Of a stretch of DNA of 64,000 nt, positions 9,161-19,258 are shown one piece after another (the first letter of the stretch is position 1; the number at the start of each line of letters is the position of its first letter). Source of the stretch: Candidatus Bathyarchaeota archaeon (lineage in GTDB: Archaea > Thermoproteota > Bathyarchaeia > TCS64); contig CAVYLP010000001.1 in assembly GCA_963769425.1 (NCBI GenBank), positions 128,001 to 192,000 of the forward strand. Direction: 5' to 3'. The translations under genes were made by a program, and so were the position numbers. The notes below the pieces were generated by a model, which saw only the letters and a program-made list of their open reading frames with translations, was not told the DNA's origin and ran no database searches.

Positions 9161-10564
9161 ATGGCGCAAAAGAACCCCCAGATGGAGATGCCTAAGCAGG
9201 CGGTCGAACAAAGGGTACACAACTTTGATGAGGTCGCGCTAGGTTACATTGAGGAACTCGCTCTGATGGAGGCGGGGAGGTGCCTAAACTGCCCCAAGCC
9301 ACAGTGCAAGAAGGGGTGCCCGGTAGAGGTTCCCATCCCCGAGTTTATACAGCTCATAAAAGAGCACAAGTTCGCGGAGGCGGCTAAAAAACTCAAGGAG
9401 AAGAACGCGCTTCCCGCCGTTTGCGGTAGGGTATGCCCACAGGAGGAGCAGTGCCAGAAGTTCTGCGTCCTCGGCGTCAGGGGCGACCCCGTCGGAATCG
9501 GGCGCCTCGAGAGGTACGCCTCAGACTGGGAGAGGCTTAACACGAAGCTCGAGCCCCAGGCAATAACACAGACGGGGGGCAAGGTCGCGGTCGTGGGCTC
9601 CGGCCCAGCCGGGTTAACCGTAGCCGCTGACCTCGCCAAGATGGGGCACAAGGTCACGATCTTCGAGTCCCTACACACGGCTGGAGGCGTGCTCATGTAT
9701 GGCATCCCCCAGTTCAGGCTCCCGAAGGAGATAGTCCAGACCGAGGTCGAGTACGTGAAGAGCCTCGGCGTCGAGCTACGCCTAGACTCCACCATCGGGC
9801 TACTATCCACCATACAGGAGCTGATGACCGGCGGCTACGATGCGGTTTTCATAGGCTCTGGCGCCGGACTCCCCAACTTCCTCCATGTTCCCGGCGAGAA
9901 CCTAAAGGGCATCTACTCCGCGAACGAATTTCTCATCCGCACGAACCTGATGAAGGCGTACAAGTTCCCAGAGTACGATACGCCGATAAGAGTGGGAAAG
10001 AAAGTCGGGGTCGTCGGGGCCGGCAATGTCGCCATGGACTCCGCCCGCTGCTCCTTGCGACTGGGGGCCGAGCGTGTCTACATCATCTACCGACGGAGCA
10101 GAGATGAGATGCCTGCGAGAGCAGAGGAGGCCGAGAACGCCGAGGAGGAGGGCATAGAGTTCAACCTCCTCACCAACCCAATCCGCTTCATCGGGAACGA
10201 CCGCGGCTTCCTGGAGAAGGTCGAGTGCGTGAAGCAGCGACTCAGCGAGCCGGACCAGTCGGGCAGGCGCAGGCCTGAGCCCATCGAAGGCAGCAACTTC
10301 ACAATCGACATCGACACGGCCGTGATCGCCATCGGGCAGTCACCAAACCCCATCATCCAGCAGACGACAGAGGGGCTACAGACTACCCGCCACGGGACTA
10401 TAGTGGTTAATGAAGAAACCATGCAGACTGCCCTCCCTGGCGTCTATGCCGGAGGCGACGTGGTCAGCGGGGCGGCTACGGTCATCAGCGCTATGGGGGC
10501 TGGCAAGAAGGCCGCGAAGGCGATAAACGCATATATAATCGCTAAGGCCGCTAAAACAGTCTAA
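9161..10564 (+). CDS. nfnB: NfnB/SudA large subunit (bifurcating FAD, 2x[4Fe-4S])
   Basis: EAGRCLNC...CPV, GRVCPQEEQC, GSGPAG, YGIPQFRLP, GAGNVAMD, YRR; paired with nfnA. Confidence 0.92.
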   Translation: MAQKNPQMEMPKQAVEQRVHNFDEVALGYIEELALMEAGRCLNCPKPQCKKGCPVEVPIPEFIQLIKEHKFAEAAKKLKEKNALPAVCGRVCPQEEQCQKFCVLGVRGDPVGIGRLERYASDWERLNTKLEPQAITQTGGKVAVVGSGPAGLTVAADLAKMGHKVTIFESLHTAGGVLMYGIPQFRLPKEIVQTEVEYVKSLGVELRLDSTIGLLSTIQELMTGGYDAVFIGSGAGLPNFLHVPGENLKGIYSANEFLIRTNLMKAYKFPEYDTPIRVGKKVGVVGAGNVAMDSARCSLRLGAERVYIIYRRSRDEMPARAEEAENAEEEGIEFNLLTNPIRFIGNDRGFLEKVECVKQRLSEPDQSGRRRPEPIEGSNFTIDIDTAVIAIGQSPNPIIQQTTEGLQTTRHGTIVVNEETMQTALPGVYAGGDVVSGAATVISAMGAGKKAAKAINAYIIAKAAKTV

Positions 10565-10647
10565 ACCCCGCCTTTTCACATTAATTCACGCCGTTTCGAC
10601 GGGCTGATAGCTTAAATATTTAGTCTCTTTATTAGTATTGATCACAT

Positions 10648-10884
10648 ATGGAAAAAGCTCTGATTCTGCTAAAGGTCGAGTGCCTCGGCGAGGACTGCAT
10701 AGAGGAGGTATTAAACAGGGTCAAGCAGAGGTCGGAGGTTAAGGAGGCGGGGATGACCTTCGGTGAGTACGACGTCTACCTCATCGCTGAGGTAACAAAG
10801 TCCCTCGAGATGACAAAACTCGTTATGGAGCTCCGCGGCTACCCCTCCGTCGTCTCAACGACAACCCTTCTCATCGTAGGCTAA
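10648..10884 (+). CDS. Stand-alone Lrp/AsnC ligand-binding (RAM) domain protein
   Basis: 78 aa; KALILLKV...TFGEYDVYL...VVSTTTLIV; no HTH. Confidence 0.8.
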   Translation: MEKALILLKVECLGEDCIEEVLNRVKQRSEVKEAGMTFGEYDVYLIAEVTKSLEMTKLVMELRGYPSVVSTTTLLIVG

Positions 10885-10933
10885 AAATCACGGTAACCTT
10901 CCAAATTAACCATCTTCAAACCATTTTCCCAGC

Positions 10934-11278
10934 CTAGAAGAATCTAAGGAACTTCCCTAAGCTTTTTTCGCAGATAGGGCATATTGTTGATTCCTTACCC
11001 TCAACGAGGTTATCCAATGCTGATGTGATCAGACATTCATCGACCTTGATGGGGTGAGCGTTTTCAGGTGGCTCGTCGAGTCGTTCAACTCGCCATCGCA
11101 GTACACGATCCTCGCCTGAAACCGAGACCTCACAGATAATTCCAACCCCGCTCGATTGGATCCAGAAGATTTGCCTATCGGGGATCGGCATAACGTTCGT
11201 CATATAGTCGACGTAGTTCTCTGCGGGGAACGACTCGAAGTGGGCCTCTTGCCGCGCGTAATGTACGGTCTCAGTCAT
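10934..11278 (-). CDS. Hypothetical protein with C-terminal CxxC
   Basis: 114-aa ORF filling the gap between RAM genes; CPIC. Confidence 0.55.
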   Translation of the reverse strand: MTETVHYARQEAHFESFPAENYVDYMTNVMPIPDRQIFWIQSSGVGIICEVSVSGEDRVLRWRVERLDEPPENAHPIKVDECLITSALDNLVEGKESTICPICEKSLGKFLRFF

Positions 11279-11355
11279 GCCGAAGTGCTCAATGCATGAT
11301 TAGGTAGGGCGATAATAAGCCTTGAATTAGTGGAAAAGTACCATGCCCAGAAGGG

Positions 11356-11589
11356 TTACGCCTGGGGTATCACGTTGCAGGTGATAGTCGACTTGATGCC
11401 CTCGGTCTCGCGTATCTTCGTCACGGCCGCCCTCATCTCCTCACGCGTGTTCACCTTGATGGTCGCGAAGAGATCGTAGGGCCCGTAGAGCAGGTGGGCG
11501 GATGCGACGCCCGGGATCTTTCGGATCTTATCTAGGGTCTCAGACTTGAAAGACGGTGCCAGGACCACGAGAATGAGTGCCTGTTCCAT
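11356..11589 (-). CDS. Stand-alone Lrp/AsnC ligand-binding (RAM) domain protein
   Basis: MEQALILV...IPGV..AHLLYGPYDL...IRETEGIKSTITC. Confidence 0.82.
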   Translation of the reverse strand: MEQALILVVLAPSFKSETLDKIRKIPGVASAHLLYGPYDLFATIKVNTREEMRAAVTKIRETEGIKSTITCNVIPQA

Positions 11590-11791
11590 GACAATCGTAG
11601 AAGTAATCGCCCACATGTGATTTAAATTTATCCAACTCACGGTAACGCTCTAAATAGCTTGATGTTTGTCCGAGAAGACTGTTCATTAATCGTACATTTC
11701 AAGGAAATTTATGTATATTCGTAGGTATATGTCAATTAACGACTTCCAAACAAGCATTTATATTAATTATTGTATATATTATATGATCCAT

Positions 11792-12019
11792 ATGCAGAGG
11801 GCACTGATCTTAGTGAAGTCGAAATCGCAAGCCGACACGAATCTGTTTAACAAAATTAAGGCATACCCAGGAGTCAAAGAGGCGAATATGATCTACGGGC
11901 CCTATGACATCTACTCGGTCTGTGAGGACCCCAGTACCATGGGGATAAAGAAGACGGTCATGGAGATTAGGAACCTCCCGGGCGTCGTCTCGACGATGAC
12001 TTGCCTCATCTCGGAGTAA
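11792..12019 (+). CDS. Stand-alone Lrp/AsnC ligand-binding (RAM) domain protein
   Basis: MQRALILV...PGVKEANMIYGPYDI...IRNLPGVVSTMTC. Confidence 0.82.
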   Translation: MQRALILVKSKSQADTNLFNKIKAYPGVKEANMIYGPYDIYSVCEDPSTMGIKKTVMEIRNLPGVVSTMTCLISE

Positions 12020-12035
12020 TTCTTTTAAAAAAGGG

Positions 12036-14447
12036 TTAGTCGTGGGTCAGCGTCTCGACTCTCTTGTTAGCATCGTTCATCTTCTTGATACGTTCTGTGA
12101 AGTCGTTGAACATGGTGATGAGCCACGTCGGCATGCAGGCGCTCGTGAAGATAGTCTCAAGCCGCTCCCCTCCGACGCCGAGGACGTCGAGCGTCTTCTT
12201 CATCACGTCGACGCGGTCGATTGCCTCGAGGTTGCCCGTTAGATAGTTGCACTGGGTGGGGAGGCAGCCGCTGATGATCACGCCGTCTGCACCGCTCCTG
12301 AAGGCAGTGAGGACGTGCAGGGCATCTATCCTGCCCGTGCACGGGACCCTGATTATCCTGATGTTGTCCGGGTACTCCATCCCCATGTTGCCCGCGGCGT
12401 CCGCGGCGGCGTAGCTACACCACTGGCAGGCGAATGCGACGATTACAGGCTCGTCCTTCTTCTCCTCGCTCAGCCACTTCGGTGTGAGTATCGCCTTGAT
12501 CTTAGGGATGAGCTGGTCGTCCTTGTAGTGGCGCAGCTGCATGGCGGAGACTGGGCAGACGGCGCTGCATATCCCGCAGCCCTCGCACGCCACCTCGATC
12601 ACCTTCGGCTCACCGAAGGCGCTCCACTCGATGGCGCTGAAGGGGCAGATGCTCGCGCAGGCGCCGCATCCGACGCACTTCTCCTTGTCCACCCAGGCCT
12701 TCGCGAGGTCGATCTCCATCTCACCGCGCATCAGCATCGAGGCGACACGCCCAGTGGCGCCAAGCGCCTGTGTCACGCTCTCCTGAATGTCCTTGGGCCC
12801 ATGTGCTGTACCAGCTATGAATATGCCTTCGACTGCTGTATCTAGAGGCTCCAGCTTCGGGCCGCGCTCCGCGAAGAAGCCGTCAGCCGAGACAGCGACG
12901 CCAAGCTTCTGGGCCAGTTCTAGCGCTCCCTTGGAGGGCTCAAGGCCAGTGGACAGTACGAGCAGGTCCACGTAGAGTGGGACCATTTCACCATACTCGT
13001 CCTTGACGTCGACGTGTATTGAGCCATCTGGCATCGTGGTGACGCCCTCTATCTCCCCCCTGAGGAGGCGGACGCCCTGGTTCTGCGCTTTGTAGTAGTA
13101 GTCCTCGTAGTGCTTCCCTGTGAGGCGGATGTCCTTGTGAATTATCGCAAGACCCGCCTCGGGGTTCCTCTCCATGATCTCTGTGGCGTGCTTGACGGCG
13201 ATGCCGCAGCATATCTTACTGCAGTATTCGTGGGTCTTCGTGTCGCGTGAGCCGACACACTGGATCATTGCTATGCGTTTGGGCTCCTGCCCGTCGCCGG
13301 GGCGTATCACCCGCCCCTTCGTCGGCCCCGACTGGTCGAGCATCCTCGCCAGTTGTAGCTGAGTTATGACGTTCGGGTTTTCACCGTAGCCGTGCATCCC
13401 CTTGGGGTCGAAGGTCTCGAAGCCAGAGGCCACGACGACTGCGCCGATGTCCACCATCATCTCCCTCGGTTGCTCACCAAGATCGATCGCCTTCACCGGG
13501 CAGGCATCGACGCACTTCCCGCACCTCGTGCAGGTGCCGGGGTCGATCGCGTAGACCCTCGGCAGGGCCTGGTCACTGAGGATGTAGATGGCTTTCCGCT
13601 TGTCGAGACCGAAGTTGAACTCGTTCGGAACCTCGACGGGGCACACATCCGCGCACCTGTCGCATCCCATGCATAGTTCGGGGTTGACGAAGCGGGGGTT
13701 GACCCCAATCTTCGCCTTATAGTTGCCGATGTGGCCTGTGAGCGTCTTCAGCTCGGCCGATGTGAGGATGTTGACGTGCTCGTGGTTGGCCACTGTGTTT
13801 CGATAGAAGCAGCGCCGGTGGAGGTCGTTTCCGCATGGGGAGACGCAAGTTCCACAGTCGTCACTCGGGAATACCGAGCCAAGCTGCAGCACCTTGCCCC
13901 CTAGGAAGGGGGTCCTTTCTATGAGGAACACCTCCATGCCTAGGTCGCCGAGCCTCTTCGAGGCCTCGACGCCTGCGACTCCCCCGCCTATGACTAGCAC
14001 AGACTTCTGTACGGGGAAGCTCTTTTTCTCGATGGGCTCTAGTGTCTTCGCCCTCTCCACGGCTGCCTTGACTAGAAATTTGGCCTTCTCTGTCGCTTTT
14101 AGTATCTGCCCCGGGTAGAGGAGGGCACAGTGTTCGCGTATGTTCGCCATCTCGAGCAGGTACTTGTTGAGCCGTACCCTCTCCATCATCCTCTGGAAGG
14201 TGGGCTCGTGGAGCCACGGGGAGCATCCGGCGACGACGACTCTGTTGATCCCGTTTGCCTTGATCGCCTCGCTTATCGTCTTCACGCCAGCGTCGCTGCA
14301 GGCGAAGTCGCTCTCCTCGGCGTAGACTACGCCGGGGAGCTTCGAGGCGTACTCCTTGAGGCTGGTGGTGTCGACGGATTTGGCTACGTTGAGCCCGCAT
14401 CGGCAGACGAAGACGCCGACCCTCGGCTCCTCCTTGTTGTTGCTCAT
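12036..14447 (-). CDS. hdrA: HdrA-like flavoprotein fused to C-terminal MvhD [2Fe-2S] domain
   Basis: GVFVCRCG, GCSP, NIREHC, GGGVAG, QCVGSRD..YCSKICC, two ferredoxin domains, then FACQWCSY..VPCTGR..SGC..QC (MvhD). Confidence 0.92.
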   Translation of the reverse strand: MSNNKEEPRVGVFVCRCGLNVAKSVDTTSLKEYASKLPGVVYAEESDFACSDAGVKTISEAIKANGINRVVVAGCSPWLHEPTFQRMMERVRLNKYLLEMANIREHCALLYPGQILKATEKAKFLVKAAVERAKTLEPIEKKSFPVQKSVLVIGGGVAGVEASKRLGDLGMEVFLIERTPFLGGKVLQLGSVFPSDDCGTCVSPCGNDLHRRCFYRNTVANHEHVNILTSAELKTLTGHIGNYKAKIGVNPRFVNPELCMGCDRCADVCPVEVPNEFNFGLDKRKAIYILSDQALPRVYAIDPGTCTRCGKCVDACPVKAIDLGEQPREMMVDIGAVVVASGFETFDPKGMHGYGENPNVITQLQLARMLDQSGPTKGRVIRPGDGQEPKRIAMIQCVGSRDTKTHEYCSKICCGIAVKHATEIMERNPEAGLAIIHKDIRLTGKHYEDYYYKAQNQGVRLLRGEIEGVTTMPDGSIHVDVKDEYGEMVPLYVDLLVLSTGLEPSKGALELAQKLGVAVSADGFFAERGPKLEPLDTAVEGIFIAGTAHGPKDIQESVTQALGATGRVASMLMRGEMEIDLAKAWVDKEKCVGCGACASICPFSAIEWSAFGEPKVIEVACEGCGICSAVCPVSAMQLRHYKDDQLIPKIKAILTPKWLSEEKKDEPVIVAFACQWCSYAAADAAGNMGMEYPDNIRIIRVPCTGRIDALHVLTAFRSGADGVIISGCLPTQCNYLTGNLEAIDRVDVMKKTLDVLGVGGERLETIFTSACMPTWLITMFNDFTERIKKMNDANKRVETLTHD

Positions 14448-16775
14448 TTCTTAGCCTCCTCGATCTGCTTCACTAGCCCATCCAGCTCCGTGAGGAACTG
14501 TTCGAGCATCGAACCGCAGCTCTTCAAAACCCTTATCGGGGCATTTCCCTCGCCGTAGAGGCGATCCATGAATCTTAGCTGCCCCTCAGCGTGGTCGACG
14601 CCCTTCTCGAAGTGGCAGCGGTCCTTGACGCAGCCTATGAGCATGACGCCGTCCGCACCGTGGTCTAGGGCGCCGACTATGTGGCGGAGGCTGATGGTGC
14701 TCATGCAGGGGACATATACAGGGTATGAAGGAGGGACTGTAGCTCGCTCCCTTCACTCCCGCGATGTCGAGCAGCCTGTACCCGCAGTCGTTGCAAGCAA
14801 AGCCTATGATCTTGGTGGCACCATTTCCACCCTCAAGGCTGCTTTCACCTGAGCATCCACAAGATCAAATCCGAAGTTCGGATTATCGAGTGCCCTCGTT
14901 GGGCAGCTTGTGATGCATAGACCGCAGCTCTGGCAGAGTGTCTCGTCGATACGGACAGGGCCCTCGACGGGCATCGTAATGGCCTGATATGGGCAGACCG
15001 TCGGGCAGACGCCACAGCGTCCGCACCTCGCCGAGTCGACCCTCGGCGTCAGGATAGGCTTCATAGCGTCCACCTCCTTCATCAGGTGAAGGCCCGCCAT
15101 CGCTGCAGCTGCGCTCGCTTGGGATACGGACTCTGGGATGTCCTTGGGTGAGTGGCAAGCGCCCGCGAGATAGACACCGGGGCGTTTCGTTATTGTGCTG
15201 GCAACCTTCGTATCCACCTCCTTAAAGAACCCGTCATTGTCGAGTTCGAGGCCGAGCCTCTCGGCGAGGTCGCGGGTGCCCTTGCTAGGCACCATGCCCG
15301 TACTGAGGACCACCAGGTCACTTGGTGTAGATGTTCTCTGTCCCTTCCCGTCCGTGTACTCGACGATCAGGCCACCGCCCTCGGCCTGCCTGACGGCGTC
15401 GAGGTTCCCGTGGACGAAGTTGATGCCAATCGTCTTTACGCGGTTGTAGAACTCCTCGTAGTACTTCCCGCCGGCGCGTATGTCCTTGAAGAGGATGGTG
15501 ATGTCGATGTCCGCGCCCTGGTGGAGTTTTATCTCCTCGGCGTGTTTCATCGCCGCCATGCAGCAGTATCGGCTGCACCACGGGTTGATCTCCGGGTCCC
15601 TGCTCCCCGCGCACTGGATCATGACTATCTTCTTCGGCTTCTGCCCGTCGCTGGGCTTGGTGAGGATTCCCGCGGTTGGGCCCTCGCCGTCGAGGTAGCG
15701 GGCGAGCTGGAACTGGTCGATGACATCCGCGTTCTCTGCGCCGTACTTGGGGTGCTTCCGGGCGTCCCAGTTGTCGACCCCAGTGGCGACGATTATCGAG
15801 CCGACGTAGAGGTCCTTGAACTTCTCCTCGTCCTTGAAGTTAATTGCCTGATTGGGGCAGACGCGCTCGCAGAGGCGGCAACTTCCCTTTGTGAGGTAGA
15901 GGCACGCCTCCGGGTCGATTACGTGTTTCCTCGGGATCGCGTTCGAGTGTGGGAGGTATATTGCCTTCCGCTTGCTTATCCCCCGGTTTATCTGGTCGGG
16001 GACGCTGACGGGGCACCTCTCCGTGCACTGCCCGCATGCGACGCACTTCTCCTCGTCGACGTATCGGGGCTTCCGCCTCACGTGGACGCGGTATCCGACG
16101 GGCATCCTGATGACGGCCTCGACCTCGCTGTTGTCGAGGACCTCGATGCCCTGTTCGTTTCCGACGTCCATCATCTTGGGGCCGCCGATGCAGATTGCGC
16201 AGCTGTCCTCGGGGAACGTCTTGCCCAGCAGACGGCATCAGGCCACCGATCGTCGGCTCACGCTCAACTAGGTGAACCATCATGCCGAGCTTCGCCAGGT
16301 CAAGGGAGGCCTGGATGCCTGAGACGCCGCCGCCAATCACGAGCACGTCGTTGAATCGCTGCACCACCTTCCTGTCGAGGGGGGTGCTCATCTTCGCCTT
16401 CTCGACGGCGACGCTTATGAGGCTCTTCGCCTTCTCGGTCGCTTCCACCCGGTCGTTGTGCACCAGAGCGCACTGCTCCCGGACGTTCGTTATTATGAGC
16501 TGGTTGGGGTCGAGCCCAGCCCCCTCCATGGCCTTCTGTAGGGGTTTCTCAAGTCTGACGCGGGAGCCTGTGACGGCGACAACGCTCGTGACGTCCTTGC
16601 CACCGTTCTTCTTCACGTCAGTTAGCCGGTCGAGCATGACCTTCTGGTTGAGGATCGGGGTCTGGTAGGCCGCGTAGACGCCGTTCATCCCCCTAGCGTA
16701 CTTCTCTAGGGCGTCGACGTCGAGCCTCTCCTTCAGGGTCTCCCCGAAGGTGTCGAAGATCACAATCGCGCTCAC
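14444..16775 (-). CDS. hdrA: Second HdrA-MvhD fusion, split by three apparent frameshifts (~16232, ~14835, ~14722)
   Basis: Joined frames read GGGVSG...GKTFPEDSCAIC...QCAGSRD..WCSRYCC...GFACNDCGY..VPCMS..IGC..RCHF; 4-bp overlaps with both neighbours. Confidence 0.85.
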
Positions 16776-18172
16776 TGCGGCTCCCTCCTGTTCGTATGCC
16801 TCTCGCCATCCACGGTCACATCCACCTCGACCATGTGGACGCTACAGCTGAGGCACGGGTCGTAGGCCCTGACGATCTTCTCGATCCCCCACATGGCGTC
16901 CTTCCGTGCGTCGGGTTTCGAGAACGCCTCGGCGTGGGCGTCGGCAAAGAGCCTGAGGTTCTTCTCGATGCTCTTGTGGTTGAACGTGGTCGGCGCGACT
17001 ATGTTAGCCGCCTTTATGATGCCCCTGTCGTCGATCTCGTAGCTGTGGAAGAGTAGGCCGCGGGGCGCCTCGACGAAGGCGTAGCCGACGCCGGCCTTCG
17101 CTTTGACTGGTTCCCTCGTCCTCTCCGTCATTATGACGTCGTTCGCTAGGCCGTCTAGCACCTCGTCGACGGAGGCGACGAACTCTACGGTTCTGGCGAG
17201 GTTGTAGGCGGCAGTGTCGTCGGTTGGGCGCTTGAATAGGCGCTCGTATGCCTTCAGGTACTCCGCCGCAGTGCCCCACTGCATCTTATCTATAACGTTC
17301 ATCCTCGCGAGAGGTCCCACCCTCATGTTTCCCCCAATGGGGCCCATGTCCTTTAGGTACTGGATCTTCGTGAAGCTGTGGCCGCTAGTCGTCTCCTCAA
17401 GCTGCTTGTAGTACTCTTGGGCAGGGAACTGGAGCAGCTGTTTGCCCTTCCCGTCCTTGACCCTGATCTCGCCATCGTATAACTCGTACCCACCATCCTT
17501 ATTGACAAGCCCCATGTATGGCGAGTCAAGCCCCATGTACTCATTCGGGTCATTGACGCGCTTCTCGTAAATGCCGAATATCGCGTCGGCTATCTTGCGA
17601 ACATTCGTGAGCGCGACGCGCCCCTCGCGAAGGAGCTTGTACCTAGCCTCACCGTTGAGCCCCTTCGTCTGCCCACCGGGGACGCTCGTGACAACGTGGA
17701 CGAGCCTACCGCCTATCTCGGTGACGACCCTGTTCCCGTACTCGTGGAGCTGCAGGGCTGCTGATGCGAGGTCTGGTGCAGCGTCGGCTACACCTATGAC
17801 GTTACGGTTCTCGATCGGAATGAGGTCTGGGAGGGCTAGGAATGCTAGGTGCAGAGCGTGGCTTGTGATGAAGCTAGCAGCGTTTAGTGTGCGGCGCAGC
17901 AGGGTCGCCACCTCGGGGACCTGGACCCCCCATGCGTCCTCGACCGCCTTCACCGACACGAGGTGGTGGTTGACATAACATATTCCGCAGATGCGCTCGC
18001 TTATCCTCGGCGCGTCCTCCGCTTGCTTGTTCGTGAGGAGGTACTCGAAGAACCTTGGGCCGACGGCGACGCTGAACTGCAGGTCCTTGACGGCCCCGCC
18101 CTCTACCTCTATCTTCACCTTGCCCGTCCCCTCGAGACGGGTGAGTGGGTTGATCATGATTGTCTCGGTCAT
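16772..18172 (-). CDS. mvhA: Group 3c-like cytoplasmic [NiFe]-hydrogenase large subunit
   Basis: PLTRLEG, ERICGIC, RVGPLAR, EAPRG, YDPCLSCSVH plus cleavable C-terminal extension. Confidence 0.9.
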   Translation of the reverse strand: MTETIMINPLTRLEGTGKVKIEVEGGAVKDLQFSVAVGPRFFEYLLTNKQAEDAPRISERICGICYVNHHLVSVKAVEDAWGVQVPEVATLLRRTLNAASFITSHALHLAFLALPDLIPIENRNVIGVADAAPDLASAALQLHEYGNRVVTEIGGRLVHVVTSVPGGQTKGLNGEARYKLLREGRVALTNVRKIADAIFGIYEKRVNDPNEYMGLDSPYMGLVNKDGGYELYDGEIRVKDGKGKQLLQFPAQEYYKQLEETTSGHSFTKIQYLKDMGPIGGNMRVGPLARMNVIDKMQWGTAAEYLKAYERLFKRPTDDTAAYNLARTVEFVASVDEVLDGLANDVIMTERTREPVKAKAGVGYAFVEAPRGLLFHSYEIDDRGIIKAANIVAPTTFNHKSIEKNLRLFADAHAEAFSKPDARKDAMWGIEKIVRAYDPCLSCSVHMVEVDVTVDGERHTNRREPQ

Positions 18173-19042
18173 TTCTTGCGGCCTCCGTTGAGGACCTTGG
18201 CGAGCTGGCTACTCGGGTAGGTGTACCGGTAGATTGTGCCGGCGTACTCGGATAGGCGTGAAGTTCTCGTTCGCCTCCTTGGTGAGGCTCGTCAAGGCGT
18301 CGAGCATCGTTAGGCCCTGGTCGCTGTTGCCCGCGGTGGGTCCGCGGCAGCCGTCGCAGGGCATACCGGCCTTCGGGCACGGTGCGCCGCATCCACCCAT
18401 AGTGGCGGGACCCATGCAGAGGAAGCCCTGCTCAAGCAGGCACCTCTCCGGGTCCGCGACCTCCTCGTATATCCTCTTGAGCTTCTTGCTGTACTCTCCT
18501 ATTCGCTCGCGGGGGCAGAGCTCGCAGACGTCCGTCTTGCTGAGCTCGGGTGTGCCGCCGCTGAGTAGGGTTGTGAGGACACCGGCGATGTCTCCGGTCT
18601 CGGGCGGGCAGCCGGGTATCCTGAAGTCTACCTTCACATAGTCTCCGATTGCCTGCTGCTTCGGGAGGAGCTTGTCGACGGTCGGCATATCGGATGCGAC
18701 TGTGCCCTTCTGCTCCGAGTATATTCTGCTCAGTAGCTCGTCCCCCTCCTTTAGGTTCGCGAGCCCTGGGACGCCACCGAAGCATGCGCATGAGCCGAGC
18801 GTGATGAGGATGCTTGATCTCTCCCGAATCTTCTTCGTGGTCTCTACCTCGTGCTCGGTTCTGACGCCTCCCTCAATTATGGCAACGTCAATCTTCTCCG
18901 GTATCTCCTTCGCATCCATGAGCGTTGGAGCGTAGACCAACTCATTCGCCTTGAGGATGCCGAGGAGCGCCTCGTGTAGCCCCACCGTCGCCACCTGGCA
19001 CCCGGTGTCACCCGAGAGCCCCAGAAGCAGTATCTTCACCAT
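18169..19042 (-). CDS. mvhG: [NiFe]-hydrogenase small subunit; +1 frameshift near 18255
   Basis: SGDTGC, GSCACFGG, IPGCPP, CELCPR, CLLEQGFLCMGPAT..GC...CP....CDGC; corrected end SEYAGTIYRYTYPSSQLAKVLNGGRKK overlaps the mvhA ATG. Confidence 0.88.
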
Positions 19043-19258
19043 GCTATCACCGACCCGGCATCCCACCGGAACCCAAAGTACGGCAAAGGGAATCAGTAAT
19101 TATTCTAATGACTACATATATTGTTTATGTTGGTATAGAGAATAATATCTGTAGGTAAAAATTCCCCATCGAAAAGGGAGGGGCGAATATGGAGATTATT
19201 CCTGAATATTGTAAATAGATGCTGAAAGATGTAAAAATATGTGGAGGCTAAGGGGTTC

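Noticed and set aside
9161-10564. Glutamate synthase small subunit call
   Set aside because: It is paired with an NfnA/SudB gene and no gltB is present, so NfnAB fits better.
10888-11646. TCACGGTAAC occurring beside two RAM genes
   Set aside because: Only a 10-bp match in non-equivalent positions (downstream of one gene, upstream of another); could be chance.
15152-16354. 400-aa plus-strand ORF and many other long antisense ORFs (e.g. 19241-19984)
   Set aside because: Shadow frames of GC-rich genes on the opposite strand with no recognisable motifs.
12036-19042. Selenocysteine or pyrrolysine readthrough in hdrA/mvh genes
   Set aside because: The breaks are frame changes, not in-frame TGA/TAG, and the Sec-prone positions are ordinary Cys (for example DPCLSC).
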